This document shows, one piece after another, positions 49,824 through 60,584 of a stretch of 64,000 bases of DNA; positions within the stretch are counted from its first letter, which is position 1; every line of letters starts with the position of its first letter. This DNA is from Candidatus Moraniibacteriota bacterium. GTDB lineage: Bacteria > Patescibacteriota > Minisyncoccia > Moranbacterales > GWC2-37-73. The DNA lies in the NCBI GenBank assembly GCA_035390125.1, contig DAOOTD010000001.1, positions 31,619 to 95,618 on the forward strand. Reading direction: 5' to 3'. The notes beneath the pieces were generated by a model that saw only the letters and a list, made by a program, of their open reading frames with translations, had not been told where the DNA came from and did not search any database. A program made the position numbers and the translations under genes.

Positions 49824-50759
49824 ATGAGCATATTTTCAATAATATTAATAGTCGGAGGGCTATGCTTGTTTGAAATAATATGCAGTATCGATAATGCTGT
49901 AATTAATGCTGAAGTCTTGTCCACAATGAGCAAAAAGGCGCGAAAGTGGTTTTTATTGTGGGGGCTACTATTCGCAGTTGTAGTTGTGCGCGGTCTTCTG
50001 CCGTGGGCAATAGTTTGGGCAACTAATCCATCATTAGGCATGTTCGGTTCTCTGACTGCTACCTTTAGCAATGATCCTAGAGTTCTTGAGGCTATCGAAA
50101 CGTCTGCGCCGATACTTTTATCTGGTGGCGGAACATTTTTAGTTTTTTTATTTTTTCACTGGCTTTTTATAGAACCGAAGAATTATGGACTTAAAGGAGA
50201 AAGATTTTTTCATTCAAAAGGAGTTTGGTTTTATGCAGTCGTTTCAATTTTACTTGCCATTCTTGTCTGGCTAGCCCTAAAGGTCAATCCTATGATGGCT
50301 TTTGGAGTTGTTATGGGTTCAACTGCATTTTTTATCACGCATGGATTTAAACAAAATGCCGAACAACAGGAGAAAGAGTTATTGGGGAATAGTGGCAAGC
50401 AAGGATTGTCGGATATAAGCAAGATTTTATATTTGGAGGTGATTGATACCACTTTTTCTATTGATGGAGTATTAGGAGCCTTTGCTTTTACCCTTTCAGT
50501 TCCGCTTATTGTTTTAGGAAACGGTCTGGGTGCTTTAGTGCTAAGACAAATTACGGTTGGAAATATAGATAGAATTAAAAAATATGTTTATCTTAAAAAT
50601 GGAGCTATGTATTCCGTTTTGTGCTTAGGGATTATTATGCTTTTAGATAGTTTCGGTTTCCATATTCCAAGCTGGCTTGCCCCTGCACTTACTTTTATTG
50701 TAGTGGGCTATTTTTTCTTAAAATCAAAAGCGGAATTGGATAAAAATATAAGTAAATAA
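49824..50759 (+). CDS. DUF475/TerC-related membrane protein
   Basis: SIDNAVINA, LYLEVIDTTFSIDGVLGAFA. Confidence 0.88.
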   Translation: MSIFSIILIVGGLCLFEIICSIDNAVINAEVLSTMSKKARKWFLLWGLLFAVVVVRGLLPWAIVWATNPSLGMFGSLTATFSNDPRVLEAIETSAPILLSGGGTFLVFLFFHWLFIEPKNYGLKGERFFHSKGVWFYAVVSILLAILVWLALKVNPMMAFGVVMGSTAFFITHGFKQNAEQQEKELLGNSGKQGLSDISKILYLEVIDTTFSIDGVLGAFAFTLSVPLIVLGNGLGALVLRQITVGNIDRIKKYVYLKNGAMYSVLCLGIIMLLDSFGFHIPSWLAPALTFIVVGYFFLKSKAELDKNISK

Positions 50760-50782
50760 TAATTAAATAATTAATAAAAAAT

Positions 50783-51181
50783 ATGAAAGGATTTTGCGCC
50801 AACATTGAAAAAGACACTTTGGAAAACGAAAATTTTCGCAAAGTGCTTTATACTGGCAAACACAGCCAGCTGGTTCTTATGAACCTTAAGCCAAAAGAGG
50901 AAATCGGCATGGAAGTCCATGAAGAAAATGACCAATTTTTCCGATTTGAAAAAGGAGAAGGGAAATGCATCATTGATGGCAATGAATATGACTTGAAAGA
51001 TGGTGTCGCGATTGTTGTGCCTGCCGGTGCACAGCACAATATTATAAATACCTCTGAGGTTGAAGAATTGAAGCTTTACACAATTTATTCTCCTGCCCAT
51101 CACAAAGATGGTATCCTCAGGTCAACCAAGGAAGAAGCTGAAGCTAATGAGGCTGAATTTGACGGTCAGACAAGCGAGTAG
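50783..51181 (+). CDS. Cupin-domain protein
   Basis: EIGMEVH..DQFF, VPAGAQHNI, LYTIYSP. Confidence 0.9.
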   Translation: MKGFCANIEKDTLENENFRKVLYTGKHSQLVLMNLKPKEEIGMEVHEENDQFFRFEKGEGKCIIDGNEYDLKDGVAIVVPAGAQHNIINTSEVEELKLYTIYSPAHHKDGILRSTKEEAEANEAEFDGQTSE

Positions 51182-51210
51182 TTTTTCTGTGATATTTTTG
51201 ACAATCTTAA

Positions 51211-51240
51211 ATAAAAATAGCCTCAAGAGGCTATTTTTAT
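51211..51240. terminator. Bidirectional terminator
   Basis: ATAAAAATAGCCTC-AA-GAGGCTATTTTTAT between convergent genes. Confidence 0.85.
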
Positions 51241-51260
51241 TATTTTTTAATGAAGATTTT

Positions 51261-51734
51261 TTATTCTTTATTTTCTTTTGGACGGATAAATTTTATATAT
51301 CCGAGAATAAGGGCGATAATCAATCCTATGGTCACGATTATAAATCTGAATTTGGAATTTTCACTCATTAGACCCCTGATTATGCTGTAAGCGGTGGTGA
51401 AAACTCCTCCCAAAAGAATCCCGTCAGCAATCATTTTGATTTTGGCAAAAAATGTCAAGCTGACAATCATAATCAAAATGGCAAAAACTAATGAAGCTAT
51501 AGAAACATTGCGATTATAAGCCTTTGATTTTTCGTTGAAACTCTTCATATCCTGATCGAATTTCTCCTGTTCTGCTTTTAAATCAGCATATTCTCCGCAA
51601 TCAGTTTTTTGCAGATTTAACTCAGATGGATAATCAGGGGCCTGCGGTCCTTCATAAAAAGCGTCAATGCCTAAGCCTACGAATAGGGCGACAAGCAAGC
51701 CTAAAAAAAATGTATAAAATAATTTTAATATCAT
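51261..51734 (-). CDS. Membrane protein
   Basis: Four hydrophobic segments. Confidence 0.75.
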   Translation of the reverse strand: MILKLFYTFFLGLLVALFVGLGIDAFYEGPQAPDYPSELNLQKTDCGEYADLKAEQEKFDQDMKSFNEKSKAYNRNVSIASLVFAILIMIVSLTFFAKIKMIADGILLGGVFTTAYSIIRGLMSENSKFRFIIVTIGLIIALILGYIKFIRPKENKE

Positions 51735-51814
51735 ATAAATTTTCTATTTATTAATGCTTATATTACAATTATATCATAGATATATTCTTAAGGTAAGCAT
51801 TGTATTATATAGTG

Positions 51815-51954
51815 AAACCACCTCTGGGGAGACAAGCAAAAGCTTAAAATGCCCAAGCTGGTAATTTTTCGAAGAGGGGGAAATTATCAGCGAAAGCGAT
51901 GGTCGCTAGATAAAGCAGACACAAAATAATTGTTTCAGAGATGAGGTGGTTTTT
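51815..51954 (+). ncRNA. Candidate ncRNA, 6S-like rod
   Basis: AAACCACCTC/GAGGTGGTTT closing stem, central bubble, apical GCTGGTAATTT/AAATTATCAGC; TATTAT -10 upstream. Confidence 0.5.
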
Positions 51955-52130
51955 AGAAGGAAAAAAATAAAGGATTTGTAAGTTTATATAAATCTTGAAA
52001 AAAGGTTTTTTTATTGTCTAAAGTAGTTAAATATAGTAAAATTATAATGTTGTTAATAAAAAAATACGAAAATTATAAAGCCCTGTTTTTTTATAGTATA
52101 ATCTAATAAGTAAATATTAAAACATAAAAT

Positions 52131-53099
52131 ATGAACAAATTTTTAAAAATCGGAGGAATTTTGCTGGGTATATTGATAGTTCTTTTTGTAGCCGCCATTG
52201 TTTTAAGGGCTTCAAAAAGCATTCTTTCTGGATCCAGTTCTTTCTCAAATGAAACAAGCAGGAGCTCGGCGTTAGGTCTTCCTAGTGCAAAATTAGGTTT
52301 TTCCAATCAATCGCCAGCAGCAAGTATGAAAAATAGCAGTTCGCCATCTTCTTACTCCATTCCATCCGAATCTTCTTATGATGCTGTAGAATCCGGAGAT
52401 TTTTTGCAGGCAGATAAAAAGATTATAAAAAATGGCGACCTTGAATTAAAAGTCAAAAGTGCTGAAGAAACTGCAGAAAAAATTTCAGAAATTGCCAAAG
52501 ACAATGGCGGAGAAATATTCTCTTCTAATTTTTATCAAAGTGCGAAGAGCATAAAGAGCGGAACGATAACAATCAAGGTGCCGGTAGCTAATTTTGAAAA
52601 AACTTTTTCTGAGATTAAAAAAGTATCCTCTTTGGTTATACGCGAGTCGATTTCAGGCCAAGATGTTACGGAACAATATGTCGATCTTAAGGCACAGCTT
52701 ACGAACCGCCAGGCTGAAGAACAGTCTTATATAAAGATTCTTGGTCAGGCTCAAAAAATAGACGATGTTTTGGCTGTCACGCAACAGTTATCCAGAGTCA
52801 GAGGAACCATAGAGCAGATTCAGGGTAAAATCAAATATCTTGACTCGCAGACTGATATGTCCACAATCTCGGCTAATCTTACCGAGGATGAAAATATAAC
52901 AATTGCTGATTCATGGAGGCCATGGCAGGTTGTCAAAGAATCTTTCAATTCCCTGATAAAAGTAATGCAGGGTCTGGTTGATTTTGTCATTAGGTTGATT
53001 ATAGTTGTTGTTCCATTCCTGCTTGTCTGGGTACTGATTATCTGGGGGATCTACAGGGTAGGCAAGAAAATTTATTTAAAAATAAAAAACAGAAATTAA
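52131..53099 (+). CDS. DUF4349-like membrane protein
   Basis: KKIIKNG.L.LKV, GQDVTEQYVDL, IEQIQG, C-terminal TM. Confidence 0.8.
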   Translation: MNKFLKIGGILLGILIVLFVAAIVLRASKSILSGSSSFSNETSRSSALGLPSAKLGFSNQSPAASMKNSSSPSSYSIPSESSYDAVESGDFLQADKKIIKNGDLELKVKSAEETAEKISEIAKDNGGEIFSSNFYQSAKSIKSGTITIKVPVANFEKTFSEIKKVSSLVIRESISGQDVTEQYVDLKAQLTNRQAEEQSYIKILGQAQKIDDVLAVTQQLSRVRGTIEQIQGKIKYLDSQTDMSTISANLTEDENITIADSWRPWQVVKESFNSLIKVMQGLVDFVIRLIIVVVPFLLVWVLIIWGIYRVGKKIYLKIKNRN

Positions 53100-53126
53100 A
53101 AGAAAAAAGCACAATATCCAAAATAA

Positions 53127-53861
53127 ATGCTAAATATTACTTCCAAAATAATACTTTTTATTGGGCTTATTCTGATGCCATCAAGTTTGGCATGGGCCGA
53201 TGCATGGTGGGGTCATGGCTCCAAATCATTTGATTGGATATTAAAAAATGGAGGAACAATAATAAGGTGGCAGATAGAAGATATTTCCAAAGAAGCGGAT
53301 AACTGGAAAGCTGTTATGTTTGACAGTAAGGGAAAATATGTGGAAGTCGAATATGGCCAAAAGGGAGTTTTTGATGATGCTAAAAATGGAGTTTATACCA
53401 TAAAAGCTTATAAAGGCATAAAAGATCATGAAACTCACAAGGGAGGAAAGCTTTTTGCTTCAATTACGGTTACAGCGCATCCAGGAGAAACAATTAATAT
53501 TAAATTTAATTATAAGAATGAAACTGCCAGAATGACTACAAATTATGTCAGGCGTGTCGCAAAAAAAACTCCACCTCCAAAGCCGGCTGTTGCAAGTAAA
53601 ATCGAAAATGTTCCAGATTCTTGCATAGATTCTAATAATATAAATAAAATTGCTCCAATTTTTAAATTATGCCCAATGATTGATAATCAAGCCGCTTCGG
53701 TTTTTAAGCTAGATCCGATGATTGACGATCAAGCTGCTTCAACCTTAGTTTATTCAGAAAATTCAAGCGTTGAAGATACAGATATAGAAGAAACTATAAA
53801 TAAATCTAACGCAGAAATCTTAGTTGAAAATTTTTTAAAAATATTTTCAAATATTTTTTAG
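53127..53861 (+). CDS. Secreted hypothetical protein with 14-aa internal tandem repeat
   Basis: Signal peptide; FKLCPMIDNQAASV/FKLDPMIDDQAAST. Confidence 0.7.
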   Translation: MLNITSKIILFIGLILMPSSLAWADAWWGHGSKSFDWILKNGGTIIRWQIEDISKEADNWKAVMFDSKGKYVEVEYGQKGVFDDAKNGVYTIKAYKGIKDHETHKGGKLFASITVTAHPGETINIKFNYKNETARMTTNYVRRVAKKTPPPKPAVASKIENVPDSCIDSNNINKIAPIFKLCPMIDNQAASVFKLDPMIDDQAASTLVYSENSSVEDTDIEETINKSNAEILVENFLKIFSNIF

Positions 53862-53879
53862 GGATAAAATATAAAAGCT

Positions 53880-54821
53880 ATGAAATTGATATCAATAATT
53901 GTTCCGGCATATAATGAAGAAAAAAATATCCCGCTTATATATGCAAGATTGAAAGATATATTCATAAATCTGAAAAATAATTATGTTTTTGAGATTATTT
54001 TTATCAATGACGGAAGTACCGATAAGACCATGCAAGAAATCGAAAAATTAGCTGATTCTGACGCTCAGGTAAAATATATAGATTTTTCCAGGAATTTTGG
54101 CAAGGAAATAGCAACAACAGCCGCTCTTAATAATTGCCAAGGAGATGCTGGCATAATGGTTGATGCCGATTTGCAACATCCAGTCGAGATGATACCTGAA
54201 TTTATAAATAAATGGGAGAGCGGGTTTGAGGTTGTTGTTGGAGTCAGAAAAACAAACAAGAACGCCGGATTCTTAAAAAGATTCGGGTCTAAGATTTTTT
54301 ATATTATTATAAATAAGATATCTGAAGTTGAGATAACTCCAAACGCAACAGATTTCAGACTAATCGATAAAGAAGTGATAAGACAGTTTAACCGTTTTAC
54401 CGAAAGCAAAAGAATGACCAGAGCCCTGATTGACTGGCTTGGTTTTAAAAGGGGATATATTTATTTTGACGCAAACAAAAGAATAAACGGAGATGCCAGC
54501 TATAGTTTCTGGAAACTTTTTAAATTAGCATTAAACAGTTTTGTATCGCTCAGTTTATTGCCGCTAAAATTGGCAGGATTTTTGGGTATGGCAATCACCC
54601 TAATTTCGGGAGTAGCGGGACTTTATATTATGCTTGGAAAATATTTTTTTCACACGCCTTTTGCATCAACATTTTCTGACTCAGAAAACCTTGCAATTCT
54701 CATTCTCTTTCTGGTGGGTATAATACTGATATCTATAGGTCTCCTGGCTTTTTATATAGCCAATATACATAGTGAGGTTATAAAAAGGCCTATGTATATA
54801 ACTAGAAGCAAAAAAATTTAG
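53880..54821 (+). CDS. GT2 glycosyltransferase (GtrB-like)
   Basis: IIVPAYNEE, NDGS, SRNFGKE, DADLQHP, 2 TM. Confidence 0.92.
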   Translation: MKLISIIVPAYNEEKNIPLIYARLKDIFINLKNNYVFEIIFINDGSTDKTMQEIEKLADSDAQVKYIDFSRNFGKEIATTAALNNCQGDAGIMVDADLQHPVEMIPEFINKWESGFEVVVGVRKTNKNAGFLKRFGSKIFYIIINKISEVEITPNATDFRLIDKEVIRQFNRFTESKRMTRALIDWLGFKRGYIYFDANKRINGDASYSFWKLFKLALNSFVSLSLLPLKLAGFLGMAITLISGVAGLYIMLGKYFFHTPFASTFSDSENLAILILFLVGIILISIGLLAFYIANIHSEVIKRPMYITRSKKI

Positions 54822-54933
54822 CAATATTTGAAATATTATTTTACTTTATTATAAATAAATGGTATAATATAAATAAGATTTTATATGGTTCGCCTTTCAA
54901 CCTTTATATTCAAAATTAAAAAATAATATAAAA

Positions 54934-55422
54934 ATGTATAAAAAAAATATAAGTGAATTAGTTATAATAATTATTTTGTTAGCTTTAATGGTAATAGGCG
55001 GTTTTTATTGGATTTACAGCAAAAAGAATGTTCCGAATAATTATCAAGTGCCAGTAGTTTCAGAAAAACAAATATCCGCCACGCAAAGTGATGAAAACGA
55101 AAATTTTTGTGAGTCTCACTATTATGAAGGCGAAGGCATGATTCGTGGATGGAAGAACCCATCTGACCAAAATGAAGAAGAAAGCATTGTTATACGCGTA
55201 AAAGATGAGGATATTGAAAAGTTGCCTATAAGAAATGCTAAAAAATCTGAAAACTTTGCAGTGAGACTTATAGATCCCACTCCGCAGGTTAAAAACAATC
55301 TGAATCTTTCCTCCGAAAAAAATCCCGTAGTTATCGCAGTAAAAGGATATGCTGAAATATGCCAACAGGAAATTCCACAGGTAAGCCTCGCAGAAGCAAA
55401 GATTGCCTTTAAAAGAAATTAG
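54934..55422 (+). CDS. Membrane-anchored hypothetical protein
   Basis: N-terminal TM helix. Confidence 0.65.
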   Translation: MYKKNISELVIIIILLALMVIGGFYWIYSKKNVPNNYQVPVVSEKQISATQSDENENFCESHYYEGEGMIRGWKNPSDQNEEESIVIRVKDEDIEKLPIRNAKKSENFAVRLIDPTPQVKNNLNLSSEKNPVVIAVKGYAEICQQEIPQVSLAEAKIAFKRN

Positions 55423-55574
55423 TTTATCTAGTTTAAATATGAAATTAGGTATGATAAAAAGGATTGATAAGATTCTTTTTATTTTTTTCTCAATAGGGGT
55501 TGCCCACAGGCATTATTTCCTGTATAATTAGACAGTAATTGAGTTTTTTAAATTAAGGCTTAAATTTTAAATAT

Positions 55575-56513
55575 ATGGAAGAAAAACCCTATATTTCAGT
55601 TGTTGTTCCTCTTTACAATGAAGAAGGAAATGTGCGTGAGCTTCATAAGCGTATTGTTGAAGCTTGCGAATCACTTAGCAAACCTTATGAAATTATTTTT
55701 ATTGATGATGGATCAACAGACAAAACGTTCATTGATTGTGAGGGGCTAAAACCGCTAAAATTAATCCGCTTTAGGAAAAATTATGGCCAAACTGCCGGTT
55801 TTGATGCTGGGATAAAAAATGCAAGGGGAGAAATAATAATCACGATGGATGGCGATCTGCAGAATGATCCTAAAGATATAAAAATATTGCTTGAAAAAAT
55901 GAGCGAGGGTTATGACGTTGTTTCGGGATGGCGATGGCAAAGAAAAGATGATTTCATGAAAAAGCTTTCTTCCCGTATGGCAAATATTTTGCGCAAGGTT
56001 TTGGTTGAAGATAATATTCATGATAGCGGTTGTAGCCTAAAAGCTTACAAACGGGAATGTTTTTCAGAGGTTGATCTTTTCGGTGAAATGCACCGTTTTA
56101 TGCCGGCCATACTGCAATTTGACGGATATAAAGTAGGAGAAGTAAAGGTTAATCATTTTCCCAGAATTCACGGGAAAACAAAATATAACTGGAGAAGGGG
56201 GATAAAAGGCATTGTAGATATGGTTTCTATTTGGTTTTGGAGAAAATATTCCAATCGCCCGGTACATTTATTCGGAGGCGGAGGAATGTTTTGCATATTT
56301 GCCGGCTTTGCAATTTTAGCCTGGATGTTAATAGAAAAAATGTTTCTCGGCGCTTCTCTATCGGAAAAAATATGGCCTCTTGTTGGAGTATTCCTGATTA
56401 TGATTGGTATTCAACTATTTATTTTCGGACTTTTGGCTGACATTTTACTTAAAGTATATTACAAAAGTAGAAAATCCATGAATTATTCAATAAAAGAGAT
56501 AATTAATAATTAA
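55575..56513 (+). CDS. GT2 glycosyltransferase (ArnC-like)
   Basis: VVVPLYNEE, DDGS, DGDLQNDP, GEMHRF. Confidence 0.92.
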   Translation: MEEKPYISVVVPLYNEEGNVRELHKRIVEACESLSKPYEIIFIDDGSTDKTFIDCEGLKPLKLIRFRKNYGQTAGFDAGIKNARGEIIITMDGDLQNDPKDIKILLEKMSEGYDVVSGWRWQRKDDFMKKLSSRMANILRKVLVEDNIHDSGCSLKAYKRECFSEVDLFGEMHRFMPAILQFDGYKVGEVKVNHFPRIHGKTKYNWRRGIKGIVDMVSIWFWRKYSNRPVHLFGGGGMFCIFAGFAILAWMLIEKMFLGASLSEKIWPLVGVFLIMIGIQLFIFGLLADILLKVYYKSRKSMNYSIKEIINN

Positions 56514-56526
56514 AATTAAATTTTTT

Positions 56527-57834
56527 ATGAAAATTACAGTTATTGGAAGTGGTTATGTCGGCCTTGTTTCTGGAACTTGCTTTGCATCTTTTGGCCACGA
56601 AGTATTTTGTGTTGATAAAGATGAACAAAAAATTGAAAACTTAAAAAAAGGCATAATTCCGATTTATGAACCAGGTTTAGATGACATGGTTTTGGAGAAT
56701 GTTGAATCTGGAAGATTAAAATTCAGTACAAAGCTCGAAGAATGTGCAGGTGATGCTGATGCAATTTTTATTGCAGTTGGAACTCCAACATCCAGGAGGG
56801 GAGATGGCTATGCAGATCTTACTTACGTTTATGCTGTAGCTAAAGAATTAGCGCCTTTACTTAAAGATTATACTGTAATCGTAGATAAGAGTACCGTACC
56901 GGTTGGTACGGCCAAGGAAGTAAAAAGAATAATCAGAGAAAATAATCCAAAAGCTGATTTTGATGTAGCTTCTAACCCTGAGTTTCTTCGTGAAGGTGCG
57001 GCTATCAGTGATTTCATGAAGCCAGATAGAGTAGTAGTAGGAGTTGAAAGTGAAAAAGCGCAAGAAATTATGAGAGAAATTTATAAGCCTTTATACTTGA
57101 TTGAAACTCCGATTGTTTTCACTAACCTGCAAACAGCCGAGCTTATCAAGTATGCCGCCAATGGATTTTTAGCGACTAAAATAAGTTTTATTAATGAAAT
57201 TGCCAACCTATGCGAAACTATTGGGGCCAATGTTATTGATCTGGCTAAAGGCATAGGGTTGGACAACCGTATCGGAAAAAAATTCTTGCATGCTGGCCCG
57301 GGATATGGCGGTTCATGTTTTCCTAAGGATACTTTAGCACTTTGCAGAATTGCACAGGAACACGGAAGCCCGATACGCATCATTGAAACTGTTATTGAAG
57401 TTAATGCTGCACAGAAAGCCAGAATGGTTGGGAAAATAAGAAAGGCTTTGGGTGGAAGCGAAGCGGGCAAAAAAATTGCTGTTTTAGGTTTAACCTTCAA
57501 ACCAGAAACAGATGATATGCGCGACGCTCCAGCACTTATGATATTGCCAGCACTTAAAGAAAAAGGTGCAGAAATTGTAGCTACTGATCCACATGGAATG
57601 GAAGAAGCCAAAAAAAATATGCCAGAAATAAACTATGTTTCTGATCCATATAAAGCAGTTGAAGATGCTGATTGCCTTGTTCTTATGACTGAATGGAATG
57701 AATATCGTTCATTAGATTTTGAAAAAATAAAACAGCTCATGAAAGGAAGTATCTTTGTAGACCTTAGAAACGTATATGAGCCTGAGCATATAAAGAAATT
57801 GGGGTTCGAATATTATGGCGTCGGACGCAATTAA
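56527..57834 (+). CDS. ugd: UDP-glucose 6-dehydrogenase
   Basis: GSGYVG, KSTVPVGT, NPEFLREG, GYGGSCFPKD. Confidence 0.95.
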   Translation: MKITVIGSGYVGLVSGTCFASFGHEVFCVDKDEQKIENLKKGIIPIYEPGLDDMVLENVESGRLKFSTKLEECAGDADAIFIAVGTPTSRRGDGYADLTYVYAVAKELAPLLKDYTVIVDKSTVPVGTAKEVKRIIRENNPKADFDVASNPEFLREGAAISDFMKPDRVVVGVESEKAQEIMREIYKPLYLIETPIVFTNLQTAELIKYAANGFLATKISFINEIANLCETIGANVIDLAKGIGLDNRIGKKFLHAGPGYGGSCFPKDTLALCRIAQEHGSPIRIIETVIEVNAAQKARMVGKIRKALGGSEAGKKIAVLGLTFKPETDDMRDAPALMILPALKEKGAEIVATDPHGMEEAKKNMPEINYVSDPYKAVEDADCLVLMTEWNEYRSLDFEKIKQLMKGSIFVDLRNVYEPEHIKKLGFEYYGVGRN

Positions 57835-57858
57835 GAATAAAATTAATCTTATTTAGAA

Positions 57859-59040
57859 ATGAGAATCCTATTTTTCAACTATGAATATCCTCCTTTAGGT
57901 GGGGGTGCAGGGAATGCTTCATTTTATTTGCTAAAGGAATACGCTAAAAATTCGGAAATTAAAGTTGATTTTATCACTTCTTCAATCAACGAAAAACACC
58001 AGATTTTGAAATTAAGTGAAAATATTACTGTTCATAAGCTTCCAATAGGTAAAAATGCTGAAAATATTCACTATCAATCAAAAAAGGAGCTTTTAAAGTA
58101 TGCCTGGGTTTCCTATAAATTCGCAAAAAAGCTGGTAAGGGAGAATAAGTATGATCTTACTCATTCATTTTTTACTGTTCCATGCGGCATAGCATCTTTT
58201 ATTTTAAAGAATAAATTCAAAATTCCTTATATAATTTCACTGCGCGGATCTGATGTTCCGGGATATAGTGAAAGATTCACTATTTTATACAAATTCATCA
58301 CTCCGATCATAAAAAAAATATGGAAAAGTGCCTGCTTTGTTATTGCAAATAGCTGTGGACTGCGGGAGCTTGCACTTAAATCAAAAACAGAAAAAGAAAT
58401 AGGAATTATTTATAACGGCATAGACACAGGTGATTTTTTTCCGGATGCAAATAAAAAAGACGAAAATAAATTCACTATAGTGTGTATCTCCCGTATTACC
58501 AGAAGAAAAGGAATCAAATTTTTGATTCAGGCGGTTGGAAATCTTCTAAAAAAATACAAGAACATAAAGTTATTTATTGTAGGGGATGGGGATGAATGCG
58601 ATTCTCTCAAAAATTTAGTACAAACAATAGGAATTGGATCGGAAGTTACTTTCACTGGGCCTATTTTGCATGAAAATATTTTAGAATATTACCAAAAATC
58701 GAATATTTTTGTATTACCATCGCTTAATGAAGGAATGAGCAATACTATGCTAGAAGCCTTGTCTTGCGGTTTGCCAATAATTGCAACCGATACAGGTGGA
58801 ACTAAGGAATTAGTGCAAAATGAAAAAAATGGTTTTATCGTCAAAATGAAAGATCCAGATGACTTAGCTGAAAAAATTGAAAAAATTATGATCAATAAAA
58901 ATTTGGAAATTCAAATGGGCAATGAAAGCAGAAAATTATCTGAGAAGTTTGATTGGTCGGTTGTTGCTGGAGAATATATTGATTTATACCGTAATGCGAT
59001 TGAATTGAAAAATATTAAAAGTAAAAATAATAATAGTTAA
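57859..59040 (+). CDS. GT4 glycosyltransferase
   Basis: YEYPPLGGG, EGMSNTMLEALSCG. Confidence 0.9.
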   Translation: MRILFFNYEYPPLGGGAGNASFYLLKEYAKNSEIKVDFITSSINEKHQILKLSENITVHKLPIGKNAENIHYQSKKELLKYAWVSYKFAKKLVRENKYDLTHSFFTVPCGIASFILKNKFKIPYIISLRGSDVPGYSERFTILYKFITPIIKKIWKSACFVIANSCGLRELALKSKTEKEIGIIYNGIDTGDFFPDANKKDENKFTIVCISRITRRKGIKFLIQAVGNLLKKYKNIKLFIVGDGDECDSLKNLVQTIGIGSEVTFTGPILHENILEYYQKSNIFVLPSLNEGMSNTMLEALSCGLPIIATDTGGTKELVQNEKNGFIVKMKDPDDLAEKIEKIMINKNLEIQMGNESRKLSEKFDWSVVAGEYIDLYRNAIELKNIKSKNNNS

Positions 59041-59065
59041 GAAATAAAAAAGATATTTTTTAAAA

Positions 59066-59998
59066 ATGATAAGTAATAAAAAAATTCTAATAAATTTTCT
59101 GAAAATTCTTATCAGCCTTGTCTTTATAATCTGGATAATCTTGAAAATAGACTGGCAAGAGTCCCTTTCTTATCTCAAAGACATATCAGCTTTGTATATA
59201 ATTTTTTATCTGGTAGTTGTTTTTTTCGGGCTGATAATTTCTTCAATCAAGTGGAAGTGCCTAGCTGAAAGCAAAGGTTTTAAGGAAAAATTATCTACTT
59301 TTTTAAAGCTTTATATAACTGGTGCTTTTATAAATAATTTTGTGCCCTCAACTATAGGAGGAGACATCTTTCGATCCTATCAAATAGGCAAGAAAGACAA
59401 AAGATATCCTGAAGCTACTGCAACTGTTGTTGACGATAGATTGACTGGACTATTGGCACTTTTTTTAATGACTCCCTTTTTTTCGCTTATTAATCTCAGG
59501 GTTATTTCTGAAATACCAACCTTGGTGCTTATAAACATTTTTTTTATTTTTGTCTTGGTGCTGATTCCTTTTCTACCTAAGCTATTAAAATATTTTTTTA
59601 CTGGAAAAGAGATAAAATTTATTCCACAAAAAATGCTTGTTTATATCAAGGAGATCGGAAGCTTTGGTAAAGACAGAAAACTTTTTGCAAAAACAATGAT
59701 ATACTCTGTAATTTTTAATGTTATCGGCGTTGGTTTGGCAAATATTATTTTATTTTGGAGCATAGGAGTTCAGATGAATCCTCTTGATTATTTTTCTGTT
59801 GTTTTCATAATCAGCATTCTTTCATCGATTCCTGCAGGTGTCGGGCTAAAAGAATGGGCCTATATTTTCTTTTTTGGGATGATGGGTATAAATATTTCTG
59901 CTGCAGTCATTGTTGCACTCCTAAATCGTTTTTTTCAAGGTCTTATAAATATAATAGCGCTACCGATTTATTTAAAAAATAAAGAAATTAAAAAATAA
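59066..59998 (+). CDS. Lysylphosphatidylglycerol-synthase TM-like/flippase (UPF0104)
   Basis: Multi-TM; NNFVPSTIGGD, PAGVGLKE. Confidence 0.8.
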   Translation: MISNKKILINFLKILISLVFIIWIILKIDWQESLSYLKDISALYIIFYLVVVFFGLIISSIKWKCLAESKGFKEKLSTFLKLYITGAFINNFVPSTIGGDIFRSYQIGKKDKRYPEATATVVDDRLTGLLALFLMTPFFSLINLRVISEIPTLVLINIFFIFVLVLIPFLPKLLKYFFTGKEIKFIPQKMLVYIKEIGSFGKDRKLFAKTMIYSVIFNVIGVGLANIILFWSIGVQMNPLDYFSVVFIISILSSIPAGVGLKEWAYIFFFGMMGINISAAVIVALLNRFFQGLINIIALPIYLKNKEIKK

Positions 59999-60109
59999 AC
60001 ATACTTTATAAATATTTTTAAAAACCACTCATAATTAATATGAGTGTTTTTATTTTATTAGCTGCTCCTGAAATCATTTTGAAAGTAAGTGATTTTTTGG
60101 ATTGCTTTT

Positions 60110-60577
60110 TTATGGCTCTTTTGAAGCCGATCCGGAAGAAAAGACGAATTTCTTGCGCATAAAGAAATTCCAATTCAGAACCAAAACAATCGCTATAATT
60201 TTGGCTATCATCACATAAACATCCAGCAGGTCGACAAAGAACCAGATAATAATTTCAGTCCAAAGAAGGCCGCCAATACCGATAATAGCAAAGAGAGGGA
60301 ATTCCTTCTTGATGTTGCCTGAACTTTTAAAAACTAAAAGAATATTCATAGTATAATTTGTTGCAGTTCCGGTGACATAGGCTATTGGTGCTGCGATCAA
60401 ATAATGCACATCAATAAAATGGGTCAAAGAATAAAGCATGACAAGATCAACAAGAGTGGAAGTTCCGCCGCAAATTAAATAACGGAAAAACTGAAGCAAG
60501 CCCTTGTTTATTTTTCTCCTGAGTATTTTTTCAGCGATAGTGTTGACAATTTTATCAATGAAATCAGCTATTAACAT
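60110..60577 (-). CDS. GtrA family flippase
   Basis: QFFRYLICGG, WNFFMRKKFVF; 4 TM. Confidence 0.88.
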   Translation of the reverse strand: MLIADFIDKIVNTIAEKILRRKINKGLLQFFRYLICGGTSTLVDLVMLYSLTHFIDVHYLIAAPIAYVTGTATNYTMNILLVFKSSGNIKKEFPLFAIIGIGGLLWTEIIIWFFVDLLDVYVMIAKIIAIVLVLNWNFFMRKKFVFSSGSASKEP

Positions 60578-60584
60578 AAATCTT

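Noticed and set aside
53659-53742. 42-nt tandem repeat as CRISPR or VNTR
   Set aside because: Two diverged in-frame copies within a CDS, no spacers.
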